DNA from: Actinobacteria bacterium UBA959
Lineage (GTDB): Bacteria; Actinomycetota; Actinomycetes; S36-B12; UBA5976
Assembly: GCA_002293025.1 (NCBI GenBank)
Contig: DBCL01000015.1
Location: forward strand, 24,590-88,589
Reading direction: 5' to 3'
Length of the DNA: 64,000 bases
Shown here: in pieces, positions 29,861-38,396 of the stretch
Numbering within the stretch: position 1 is the stretch's first letter
How the letters are laid out: each line of letters begins with the position of its first letter
Notes under the pieces: generated by a model
Told to the model about the DNA's origin: nothing
What the model saw: only the letters and a program-made list of their open reading frames with translations
Database searches by the model: none
Made by a program: the position numbers and the translations under genes

Positions 29861-31252
29861 TTACTCTCCCCCAGCCTGATCTTGTGCAGCCAGTAACGCT
29901 GCAATGTGATCAAATCCTGCTGCACGGGAGGCCTTTACTAGGACAACATCTCGACTTTTAAGTTCGTGTCGAAGTATTTGAAGGGCTTCTTCTTGAGTCG
30001 AAACCCAGGTTGCAATCGTTGGATTCATCCCATGTTCAATTGCTGACTCAACACTAACTTTGAGTCCTGCCCCCACCCCAATAAACCTAGATATGTTCAA
30101 TTCGGCGATGGCCCTGCCTAATTTTTGATGTTCAAGCACTGAAATATCTCCTAATTCGGCCATCTCTCCAAGAACAGCAAATGATCTAGAAGATTCAGCA
30201 AGATGCTTCAATGTTTCAAGTGCTGCCAGCATGCTCTCTGGATTTGCATTATAGGAATCGTTAAGTACTGTCACATCTCGTTGACTGACAAAAACCTGCA
30301 TTCGAAGTGGGCTTCGCGGATGAGCACTTTCCAATCTAGCCTCTAATGTGTCTACTGGGATTCCTGCCGCCAATGCCATACCTATAGCAATTGCAGCGTT
30401 CATAGCCTGGTGCTCACCCACAAGATTCAGCTTTGCTCGCAATCGTCCCAATGGAGTCTCTACTGAGATAGTTGGGTGCGCTTTCTGATCCAAAACCACT
30501 TCGGTGAGCCTTATCTCGGCTTCTGAGGAATACCCGGCTAAAACAACTCTCGCTAATGTAGTTTCACTCAATTTTCTGGTTGGCACTTCATCAGCATTCA
30601 AAACTGCAATTGCTGTACTTGGCAAGTTTGCAATAATTTCACCCTTAGTTTCAGCAATCAATTCGAGGGATCCAAACTCTCCAATGTGGGCAGAGCCAAT
30701 AGTGGTAATTCCCGCAATTGTTGGTTGAGCAATCTCGCAAAGTTGTGCAATATTGCCTTTATGTCGTGCTCCCATTTCTAAGATAACGGCAGCTGTGTCT
30801 CTGTTGGCTGCAAATAATGTACTTGGCAACCCCAATTCATTATTTCTAGATCCTGCGGGAGCAACTAAATCTCCAAGGGGCTGAAGTAAGTCGATCAGTA
30901 AATCTTTTGTGCTGGTCTTGCCGCTAGAGCCCGTGATTGCTAGGACTGGGCAATTTATTCGCTTACGGTTTTCTTGTGCAAGTAATGTGATTGCTGAAAT
31001 CACGTCGGCAACGACTACACATGGGTGACTTACAGGTCGACTCGCTAGAACGAGACGGGCTCCTCTGGAAACAGCATCTCCAGCAAATAAATGTCCATCA
31101 GTTTTAGTGCCTTCAATTGCCAGGAAGAGGCTTCCTTCTTGAGCTTCACGTGAGTCATAGATAGCTGTTGTTAAAACTTCATCAAGTTGTGTGATGTGAT
31201 GAGCGGTCCCACCAGTTATGTTCAAAACATCTCTCGTGGTTAATGTACTCAT
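29861..31252 (-). CDS. murF: UDP-MurNAc-tripeptide--D-alanyl-D-alanine ligase MurF
   Basis: 463 aa. AITGSSGKTSTKDLL, NDSYNANPESM. Confidence 0.93.
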   Translation of the reverse strand: MSTLTTRDVLNITGGTAHHITQLDEVLTTAIYDSREAQEGSLFLAIEGTKTDGHLFAGDAVSRGARLVLASRPVSHPCVVVADVISAITLLAQENRKRINCPVLAITGSSGKTSTKDLLIDLLQPLGDLVAPAGSRNNELGLPSTLFAANRDTAAVILEMGARHKGNIAQLCEIAQPTIAGITTIGSAHIGEFGSLELIAETKGEIIANLPSTAIAVLNADEVPTRKLSETTLARVVLAGYSSEAEIRLTEVVLDQKAHPTISVETPLGRLRAKLNLVGEHQAMNAAIAIGMALAAGIPVDTLEARLESAHPRSPLRMQVFVSQRDVTVLNDSYNANPESMLAALETLKHLAESSRSFAVLGEMAELGDISVLEHQKLGRAIAELNISRFIGVGAGLKVSVESAIEHGMNPTIATWVSTQEEALQILRHELKSRDVVLVKASRAAGFDHIAALLAAQDQAGGE

Positions 31253-32709
31253 GATAATCCACGTTCTGCAAGAGCTCTTTCCAATTCTAAAGAATCATCA
31301 AACGGCTTAACCACATCACCTATTTGCTGACCCATTTCATGTCCCTTTCCTAAAACCAAAACACAATCTGTTGGACTAGAGACCAAAGATGCTGCATATT
31401 CAATTGCAGCGCGCCGGTCAGAAATTTCATCATAATGGCCACCAGCAGAGGAAATTCCTGCGATAACCATAGATCGAATCTGATCTGGATTCTCATTGCG
31501 CGGGTTGTCATCAGTTACCACAACTAAATCAGCAATCGCAGCAGCAGCACCCATGAGCGGTCGCTTGTCTTGATCGCGATTACCGCCTGCACCAATCACT
31601 ACGATTAATTTTCCTGGGGTATTTTTGCGAACCTCGGATACAACTTTTGCCACAGCATCTGGGCTGTGGGCATAATCCACAATTGCATTTAACCCATTTA
31701 CTGAAATTTGCTGCATTCGGCCCGGGACTCGCACCGCAGCTAAAGATTTAATCTGGTTATCGGAAACCTCTGCAATTTGATCTGCCATAGCTATTGCAAT
31801 CAGCGCATTACTGACATTAAAACTGCCACCAACGCTAAGTGTTAGGGAGATTCCTAAGGGTTGAACAGTGCACTGAATGCTGTTATTTGTGACTTCTAGT
31901 CCAGTTACATACCAGGTCCCAGCTGAGTTCTCAGCAGAAACTGTTGAGACAACTAAACCATTTTCCTCTGCAAGATCAGCCATAGCCTTACCTTGGTTGC
32001 TATCCACACAAACCACGGCATACTTACTGAAATTCTTTTGAAATAGCCTTGATTTTGCTTCATGATAATTCTCAAAAGTTCCATGAAAATCTAGGTGATC
32101 AGTTGTCAGATTTGTGAAACCAACTGACTGGAATTGAAGTCCAGTAACTCTCTCTAAGACAAGAGCATGGCTCGAAACTTCCATAACCACATCCCGAATT
32201 CCTTCATCTCTCAAATTAACGAACAGACGATAAAGGTCATCGATTTCGGGCGTGGTGCGACTTAGTTCTTCTCGGTGATTGGCATAAACCACGCCGGTGG
32301 TACCAATCGCCACTGCTGGCTGAGGTAAAAGGGCCCTCAAGAAATGGGACGTGGTGGTTTTTCCATTAGTTCCAGTAATTCCATAGAGGTGCAAGTCTTT
32401 GATTTTTGGGCCATAAATAGCAGATGCAATTTCAGCTAGAGCCCTTCTTGGATTTTCAACTACAAGAATTGGCAAACTTGTGTTTGCTAATTCTGCACCT
32501 CGCGAATCAGTAACAATTGCATTTGCACCATTGGCAACTGCTGAATCTATGAACTTGGCACCATGCAATTTCTCACCTGCAATTGCAACGAAAATTGATC
32601 CCTGAGTTACATCATTAGAGTTGTGATAGACGTTTGAAATTTCAAGATGAATGTTTAGGTCATGCCCAAGTAACACAGCAATGTCGGACAGCGTCACTGA
32701 CGCACTCAT
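31249..32709 (-). CDS. murE: UDP-MurNAc-L-Ala-D-Glu--2,6-diaminopimelate ligase MurE
   Basis: GITGTNGKTTTSHFL, VDYAHSPDA, VVVTDDNPRNENP (the DNPR motif associated with meso-DAP specificity). The track ORF from 32928 overlaps ftsI. ATG at 32709 gives a TAATG junction with the ftsI stop. Confidence 0.93.
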   Translation of the reverse strand: MSASVTLSDIAVLLGHDLNIHLEISNVYHNSNDVTQGSIFVAIAGEKLHGAKFIDSAVANGANAIVTDSRGAELANTSLPILVVENPRRALAEIASAIYGPKIKDLHLYGITGTNGKTTTSHFLRALLPQPAVAIGTTGVVYANHREELSRTTPEIDDLYRLFVNLRDEGIRDVVMEVSSHALVLERVTGLQFQSVGFTNLTTDHLDFHGTFENYHEAKSRLFQKNFSKYAVVCVDSNQGKAMADLAEENGLVVSTVSAENSAGTWYVTGLEVTNNSIQCTVQPLGISLTLSVGGSFNVSNALIAIAMADQIAEVSDNQIKSLAAVRVPGRMQQISVNGLNAIVDYAHSPDAVAKVVSEVRKNTPGKLIVVIGAGGNRDQDKRPLMGAAAAIADLVVVTDDNPRNENPDQIRSMVIAGISSAGGHYDEISDRRAAIEYAASLVSSPTDCVLVLGKGHEMGQQIGDVVKPFDDSLELERALAERGLS

Positions 32710-34469
32710 TACTTCCCCCAGGTTGTGGGTATTTTGGCGATCTTGCCTGGTTGAGGCATCGCTCTCATCTTTTGTAGTGCAAATGTAGCGACCTCTTTGA
32801 AAACTGGGCCACCAAGCACGCCTCCATAGCGTCCATTTTTTGGATCTTGCAAAGTCACGGCAACCACAATTTGGGGGTTGTTGGCAGGTGCCATGCCGAT
32901 GAAAGATGCTGTAAACCCTTGGTAACACCCACAGGCAGAGTCTGCTCTTTGAGCAGTTCCGGTCTTACCTGCCACTCGATAACCATTGATTTGTGCAGTT
33001 GGTGCAGTTCCATCTGGACCAACAACGCTTTCCAGCATTAGACGCAAAGTGCTAGCTGTTTCTGCCGAAACAACTCGGATTCCTGGCTTAGGCGAGGTTG
33101 GGATAAACGTGCCATCGCCTTGAGTGAATCCATCCACTATTGAAACGGGCATTCGCACACCATCGTTTGCAATCGTTGCGAAAACAGATGCCATTTGGAG
33201 TGAAGTTATTGAATAGCCCTGCCCAAACGCCATTGTGGGGTAAGTAGTTTGAGACCAGTCACTTGGTTTGCGCAACAAACCATTACTCTCTCCTGAAAAA
33301 TTCAATCCAGTTGGCTGACCAATACCAAATTTCACAAAATAGTCATACAGGATTTCTTCCTTAGGCAATTTCTCCGCAATCATGATTGTTCCAATATTCG
33401 ATGATTGAGCCAGCACCCCATTGGCGGTAAGTTTTAAAGTTCCATGCGGTGAATGATCCTTGAAAACCTTTCCGGGTCTTTTCAAGGTTGGTGGAATAGT
33501 AAGTTTTGATAGAGGTGTTATGACTTTTTCTTCTAATGCTGCTGCGAATGTCAGAAGCTTTCCAGTGGAACCTGGTTCAAAAACATCTGTTACTGCAACG
33601 TTCTTTCGAGAATCCTTATTAATGGCTCCTGGATCTGCGGGGTTCACCGTTGGGGCGGTAGCCATTGCCAATACCCGACCAGTGCTTGGCTCCAAAACAA
33701 CTACTGTTCCCCAGGCTGCATTTGCTTCTTTAACTTTTTGAGCAATTGCTTGTTGGGCTATGTATTGCAAATCACGGTCAATGCTCAATCTCGCACCATT
33801 TCCAGAGACGGCCTGTTCAGTTCTTGAGTCTGTTGCTGGGATCTTTCGACCAGCAGCTCCACCTTCAAAAATCATCAGACCATCTTTCCCGCCAAGTTGA
33901 CTTTCCAGACTAGATTCCAGTCCTTCTAAGCCATGACCATCAATTCCGGTAAACCCAAGAATATTTCCAGCCAAATCACCATAGGGATAAACTCGACGAG
34001 TTGTTTTCTCGGAAAAAATCCCTGGTAGTTCTAGCTCGGCCACTGCAGCCCAAACTTGTGGAGTTACAGCTCTAGCAACAAAAGTAAATTTCTTCTCTCC
34101 AACCAGTTTGCTAGCAAGTTCAGATGAGTCCAGCTTCAATATTGGTGCGAGTAATTTCGCAGTTTCTTTTGGTTTTATCACTTTTGTCTGATCTGCAGTG
34201 ACGTTAAAGGCAGGAACTGTTGTTGCCAAAACAATGCCGTTCACATCAGTGATTGAGCCACGCATAGCCGGTACCACTACTTCTCTAATTCGTGCTTCAA
34301 AACCTTCTTGCGCTAACTCGGATGCATCTACGGCTTGGATCTTGAATAATTGAATTGCGTAAATTAAGAAAACTCCAAAAACTATGAAAGCTGCGAAAGT
34401 TAAACGCCCTACTGATTTTTTGCGAAATTTTCCAGAATCGTGAATTGCGCTCTCTAGCAACTGACTCAT
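32709..34469 (-). CDS. ftsI: Penicillin-binding protein, class B transpeptidase (FtsI/PBP3-like)
   Basis: 586 aa. N-terminal TM anchor. Transpeptidase triad motifs STGK (EPGSTGKL), SSN (QSSNIG) and KTGT (GKTGTAQ). Confidence 0.9.
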   Translation of the reverse strand: MSQLLESAIHDSGKFRKKSVGRLTFAAFIVFGVFLIYAIQLFKIQAVDASELAQEGFEARIREVVVPAMRGSITDVNGIVLATTVPAFNVTADQTKVIKPKETAKLLAPILKLDSSELASKLVGEKKFTFVARAVTPQVWAAVAELELPGIFSEKTTRRVYPYGDLAGNILGFTGIDGHGLEGLESSLESQLGGKDGLMIFEGGAAGRKIPATDSRTEQAVSGNGARLSIDRDLQYIAQQAIAQKVKEANAAWGTVVVLEPSTGRVLAMATAPTVNPADPGAINKDSRKNVAVTDVFEPGSTGKLLTFAAALEEKVITPLSKLTIPPTLKRPGKVFKDHSPHGTLKLTANGVLAQSSNIGTIMIAEKLPKEEILYDYFVKFGIGQPTGLNFSGESNGLLRKPSDWSQTTYPTMAFGQGYSITSLQMASVFATIANDGVRMPVSIVDGFTQGDGTFIPTSPKPGIRVVSAETASTLRLMLESVVGPDGTAPTAQINGYRVAGKTGTAQRADSACGCYQGFTASFIGMAPANNPQIVVAVTLQDPKNGRYGGVLGGPVFKEVATFALQKMRAMPQPGKIAKIPTTWGK

Positions 34470-34864
34470 CTAGACCCTTTACCATCCAATAGTTTCTTAT
34501 CAGATAGCCTTAAGTAAGTAGGCCTCTCTGGGGAAACCATGCCCAGTTCTTTAGCTTTTTGAGTCAAGGTTCTAGGGGACTCCAAGATTGCAACTCGCTC
34601 GATTAACAAGGCGCGCTCAGCTAGCAGTGCATTTCGCTCTTGGGTTAGTTCAATTTTGTGGAAAGTCCCCTTGGCCACAAAAGTTTGGAGCATTAAAACG
34701 CCCATCATGGAAGCAGCAAAAAGTGCAATCATGAAAGTAATAAAACTCATTGTGGAAAGTGGCTTAGCCGCAGCATTAATTCTAACTTTTGTGCCTGTTG
34801 CAACTTTAAAACCTGGTCTCAATACCTCAACTGTGCTTATTGCAAAATTTTGAATAACGCTCAT
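34466..34864 (-). CDS. ftsL: FtsL-like septum formation protein (single TM plus coiled coil)
   Basis: 132 aa. One TM (FITFMIALFAASMMGVLML) followed by a heptad-like segment ELTQERNALLAERALLIERVAILESP. Canonical position between rsmH and ftsI, with 4-nt overlaps on both sides. Confidence 0.6.
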   Translation of the reverse strand: MSVIQNFAISTVEVLRPGFKVATGTKVRINAAAKPLSTMSFITFMIALFAASMMGVLMLQTFVAKGTFHKIELTQERNALLAERALLIERVAILESPRTLTQKAKELGMVSPERPTYLRLSDKKLLDGKGSR

Positions 34865-35841
34865 GCTGCAACTCCAGCGCTTAATACCTGTGCGGCGCGC
34901 AATTTGGCACTGGCAGCTCTTGGATTTTCGGCAATCTCTAAATCGGTTGGAGTTTCAGCACCTCTAGTTAGCAGCACCAAATTATCGGGCCCAGGCATAA
35001 TCGGTAGCCCATCCGGAATGCGACTACCCATTGCTCTTATGAAAGATTGCTTAACAATTCGATCCTCAAGGGAGTGGTAAGACAAGACTGCAATCCGCCC
35101 ATTTACATTCAGCGACTCGATAGCTGCCGGAATCGCCCTTTGCAAAATCTCTAGCTCTTGATTGACTGCAATTCGCAATGCCTGGAAGGTTCGCTTTGCT
35201 GGATGCCCGCCAGTTCGACGAGCCGGGGCAGGAATAACCGAATAAAGAAGTTCTACAACTTCACTGGTGGTACTAAATGGTTTAATCTCTCGTTTTGCCA
35301 CAATTGCATTTGCAATTCTGGATGCGAATTTTTCTTCACCAAAGGTGTAGAGAATTCGCTTTAATTCGTCAGCAGAGGATTCATTTAAAACTTGTGCCGC
35401 GGTTTGACCGGTAGAGGAATCCATCCTCATATCAAGTGGTGCTTCTTTTGAGTAAGCAAACCCTCGAGATGCCTGATCTAATTGCATGCTAGAAACCCCT
35501 AGATCAAGCAAAACACCATCAACTTTTTGATAGCCAATTTCCGCTAGTACTTCCCCAATTCGATCATAAACAGCGTGTACGAATTGAACACGAGCAGTAA
35601 CGGCTTCGCTTCCAAACTGTGCAGAGAGATTTTTGCTTGCAATTTCAATCGCTGATTGATCACGATCAATGCCAACTATGCGAAGTTGTGGATAGGCACT
35701 CATCAGAGCCGCGGTATGTCCACCAAGCCCCAAAGTTGCATCAACTAAGACAGCACCCTCATTGCTAACTGCAGGTGCAAACAACCCAACTATCCGATCC
35801 ATCATGACCGGTAGATGTATGGGAGCTGCACCATCAATCAT
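34861..35841 (-). CDS. rsmH: 16S rRNA (cytosine1402-N4)-methyltransferase RsmH (MraW)
   Basis: 326 aa. HLPVMMDRIV, DATLGLGGHT, DLGVSSMQLD, SYHSLEDRIVK. Confidence 0.93.
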   Translation of the reverse strand: MIDGAAPIHLPVMMDRIVGLFAPAVSNEGAVLVDATLGLGGHTAALMSAYPQLRIVGIDRDQSAIEIASKNLSAQFGSEAVTARVQFVHAVYDRIGEVLAEIGYQKVDGVLLDLGVSSMQLDQASRGFAYSKEAPLDMRMDSSTGQTAAQVLNESSADELKRILYTFGEEKFASRIANAIVAKREIKPFSTTSEVVELLYSVIPAPARRTGGHPAKRTFQALRIAVNQELEILQRAIPAAIESLNVNGRIAVLSYHSLEDRIVKQSFIRAMGSRIPDGLPIMPGPDNLVLLTRGAETPTDLEIAENPRAASAKLRAAQVLSAGVAA

Positions 35842-36115
35842 TTTGTTAGCCGCGACCCACTACTAGCAATGCTGGAGACGACTGACGCATTAGGGATGTT
35901 TTACTTCTAAATGAAACAACAGACCTTAGGTTCCACGAAAGGAACTTTGGCTTCACCCTTACACCGACTACATGATTCATCTCGACCCCTCGAGTTAGTA
36001 TTGATATTTGATAAAACACTTTTGATGAGTTTTGGTCCCCCTCCGCTGCTACTGCTTTCCGCTACGGGGGAAGACGTATCGGAGATGCAGCGGCAAGAGG
36101 CCGAAGCTCATCAAG

Positions 36116-36547
36116 TTAAAACACCCCTGGCACCACCTCTTCTGAAACATCAGCAAAACTTGGTTCAGCATTAGCCAGGTATTTATCCCAAGATGCTGCA
36201 TCCCATAATTCAATGGTGGTGTCAGCGCCTACCACAATCACTTCGCGATCCAATCCCGCATAATCACGAAGTCCGCTTGGTAAAGTGATTCGACCTTGTT
36301 TGTCCGGAACTTGATCAAATGCACTAGAGAAAAAGACTCTCAAGAAACTGCGAACTCGTGCATCAGTTCGGGATGCTTCTCGAAGTCGATCTGCATAGGC
36401 GCTGAACGCATCCATTGGCCAAAGCACCAGGGAGCGGTCTTGACCTTTGGTTATCACCACACCTTTTTCCAAGCCATCACGAAATTTGGCTGGCAGAACT
36501 AAGCGACCTTTTTCATCGAGGCGCGGTTCGTGTGTGCCCAAAAACAT
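36116..36547 (-). CDS. mraZ: Transcriptional regulator MraZ
   Basis: 143 aa. MFLGTHEPRLDEKGRLVLPAKFR and the second SpoVT/AbrB-like repeat DKQGRITLPSGLR. SD GGGGAGG lies 9 nt upstream of the ATG. Confidence 0.93.
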   Translation of the reverse strand: MFLGTHEPRLDEKGRLVLPAKFRDGLEKGVVITKGQDRSLVLWPMDAFSAYADRLREASRTDARVRSFLRVFFSSAFDQVPDKQGRITLPSGLRDYAGLDREVIVVGADTTIELWDAASWDKYLANAEPSFADVSEEVVPGVF

Positions 36548-36612
36548 CAGAACCCGCCTCCCCTCAGTTTGAAGTTAAAGATCATTTAGGAGGCTTTCCT
36601 CCATTTCCCCCC

Positions 36613-36640
36613 ACTCTACTCCATTTCTTTCCCCTGTCAA
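36613..36640 (-). promoter_or_regulatory. Candidate sigma-70/SigA-type promoter of mraZ (dcw cluster)
   Basis: On the minus strand: TTGACA (36640-36635), a 16-nt spacer, then TAGAGT (36618-36613). This lies about 65 nt upstream of the mraZ ATG, inside a purine-rich tract with direct repeats. Prediction by eye only. Confidence 0.4.
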
Positions 36641-36735
36641 CCATCTACTCCCCCTTTCCACCCCTGATCTGGGCAGAGCTATCCCAAGGGTTGATTTAGG
36701 TGAGTTTTTTACGGGTTCAACAAGGCAGGAACTAT

Positions 36736-37101
36736 TTAGTCTTGAGATCCCTGTTCGCGCTGATCCCAGCGCTTCTCAAACTTGTCCATGAAGTTTGGTT
36801 TTGGTTGATTGGACGCTGCAGGTTTGGCTGTCTTGGTTTGTTCAGACTTTGGGCTTGTTAGCACCAATATTCCTACCAAAACTAGGACAAACCCTCCAAT
36901 GCCCAGTGCAGTCAAGGGGATGGTGACCGCACCAATGATCAGGGCGACCCCAAGCGCTACCAAAAGCATCGCTACAGGAGCAGATTTCCGGGATGTGAAG
37001 TTTGGGCGACCACGCAGGGCGGAAGCAAACTTAGGGTCTTCGGCGGCTAGCGCCTTTTCCATCTGTTGAAGCAAACGTTGTTCATTCTCTGATAGCGGCA
37101 T
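36736..37101 (-). CDS. DUF3040-family small membrane protein
   Basis: 121 aa. MPLSENEQRLLQQMEKALAAEDPKFASALRG followed by two TM segments is the DUF3040 pattern. A homologous gene lies near mraZ in other actinobacteria. Confidence 0.7.
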   Translation of the reverse strand: MPLSENEQRLLQQMEKALAAEDPKFASALRGRPNFTSRKSAPVAMLLVALGVALIIGAVTIPLTALGIGGFVLVLVGILVLTSPKSEQTKTAKPAASNQPKPNFMDKFEKRWDQREQGSQD

Positions 37102-37160
37102 CTAGCACCTCCTTCAATATCTAAAGAATACGGGGTAATCGCAAACCAGCAACTACTGCC

Positions 37161-38396
37161 CTATTCCTGTAAATCATCAGATTGTGAAACTAATCGCGCA
37201 GGCTTAACTGCTTGATCTCCAAATCTTTCACGGGCCTTGTCTATAGCTTGATCAGCCTGGGGCCAGCCATGCTCTGGCGCATCCAAGGTTGGTTGAATCG
37301 CGGCACCAACTGAACTATGTAAGCCTTCAACTCTAACTCCAACAAGTCTAATGCGGGCTCGCTGCAGGCCAAGCTTTTGATAAAGACCTTTTGCAATGGA
37401 ATTTATCTCTTGGGTCGTGTTGGTGTAGCCCTTGATTGTTTGTGATCGCGTGATCGTGCTGAAATCATTAAACCTCAGCTTGACACTAATTGTTCTACCC
37501 ACAAGTTCTCGACTTCTAAGTCTGGAAGCCACTAAATCTGAGAGCCTCAATATTTCTGCTTCAATCTCAGTAGGTTTAAAGACATCTACATCAAAAGTAT
37601 GTTCGTGGCCAATTGATTTATCTGGTTCATAAACCACAACTTCACGTTCATCCCTCCCCCACGCTAGGTCATGAAGATGCTCACCTGCTGCCTCCCCAAG
37701 TATTTTGATAAGTGTCTTTACAGGTAATTGGGCAATATCACTTATTTTCTTTAGTCCAAGCTCGACTAGTTTTTCTTCTGTTTTTGATCCAACTCCCCAG
37801 AGTGCATTTACTGGTAGCGGATGCAAAAACTCTAAGACCTGATCAACTGGGACTACTAACAAACCATCTGGTTTGGCATAAGTGGAAGCCAATTTTGCAA
37901 CAAATTTAGTACTTGCAATCCCAACTGAAGCCGTAAGCTGAAGCTCATTTTTTATTTTGCTACGAAGTAAGTCACCAATTGCCCTTGGTGTTCCTAGAAG
38001 TTTTCTGGACCCTGTGACATCTAAAAAAGCTTCATCTAAGGAAATCGTTTCGACTAGTGGTGTGACTGAAAGCATTATTTCCAGCAGCTGCTCAGATGTT
38101 TCCGCATACTCCTGGTGGTCTGGTGAGACCACAATCACCTCTGGGCATAATCGAATTGCTCGGGACATTGGCATTGCCGCATGAATGCCAAATGCTCGAG
38201 CTTCATAAGTTGCTGCTACAACTACTCCTCTACCTGAATTGCCTCCTACAATTACTGGCTTACCTTTTAAGTTTGGATTCCGCTTTACTTCAACTGATGC
38301 ATAAAATGCATCCATATCAAGATGCAAAATATTGCAGCCTTGATCGCTATCACCAAGCTTTGGAATACTAGTTCGGTTTAATTGATTTTTACTCAC
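37161..38396 (-). CDS. dinB: Y-family DNA polymerase IV (DinB), catalytic residues intact
   Basis: 411 aa. ILHLDMDAFYASVE (catalytic Asp pair region), ATYEARAFGI, SLDEAFLDVTG (catalytic Asp-Glu). GTG start overlaps the dnaE2 TAG (TAGTG at 38394-38398). Confidence 0.9.
   Translation of the reverse strand: MSKNQLNRTSIPKLGDSDQGCNILHLDMDAFYASVEVKRNPNLKGKPVIVGGNSGRGVVVAATYEARAFGIHAAMPMSRAIRLCPEVIVVSPDHQEYAETSEQLLEIMLSVTPLVETISLDEAFLDVTGSRKLLGTPRAIGDLLRSKIKNELQLTASVGIASTKFVAKLASTYAKPDGLLVVPVDQVLEFLHPLPVNALWGVGSKTEEKLVELGLKKISDIAQLPVKTLIKILGEAAGEHLHDLAWGRDEREVVVYEPDKSIGHEHTFDVDVFKPTEIEAEILRLSDLVASRLRSRELVGRTISVKLRFNDFSTITRSQTIKGYTNTTQEINSIAKGLYQKLGLQRARIRLVGVRVEGLHSSVGAAIQPTLDAPEHGWPQADQAIDKARERFGDQAVKPARLVSQSDDLQE

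Noticed and set aside
25715-32928. 5'-extended versions of track ORFs (gabD from 25715, murD from 28890, murE from 32928). The same applies to rluD 10983, ftsZ 18496, GT2 47960, crtB 54783 and the binding protein 59511
   Set aside because: The extensions overlap the preceding well-supported gene and encode atypical, Cys/Arg/Trp-rich sequence. They disappear when the internal start with an SD or the typical 1-, 4- or 8-nt stop/start overlap is used. Coordinates were trimmed accordingly.
35911-36174. 87-aa plus-strand ORF in the mraZ-rsmH spacer
   Set aside because: It runs antisense into the mraZ 3' end. It has low-complexity Pro/Leu-rich content, no SD and no recognisable family. The spacer is treated as non-coding.
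36596-36665. C-rich tract on the plus strand, considered as a 6C-type actinobacterial sRNA (C-rich loops)
   Set aside because: The plus strand has almost no G in this stretch to form the two stems that define 6C RNA. The tract is better explained as the complement of the purine-rich mraZ promoter and leader.
37161-38396. Interpreting the Y-family gene downstream of dnaE2 as ImuB
   Set aside because: ImuB proteins lack the catalytic acidic residues and carry a long C-terminal extension. This 411-aa protein keeps DMDAFYASVE and SLDEAFLD and has DinB-like length, so it is called DinB. The absence of ImuB is reported as a finding instead.
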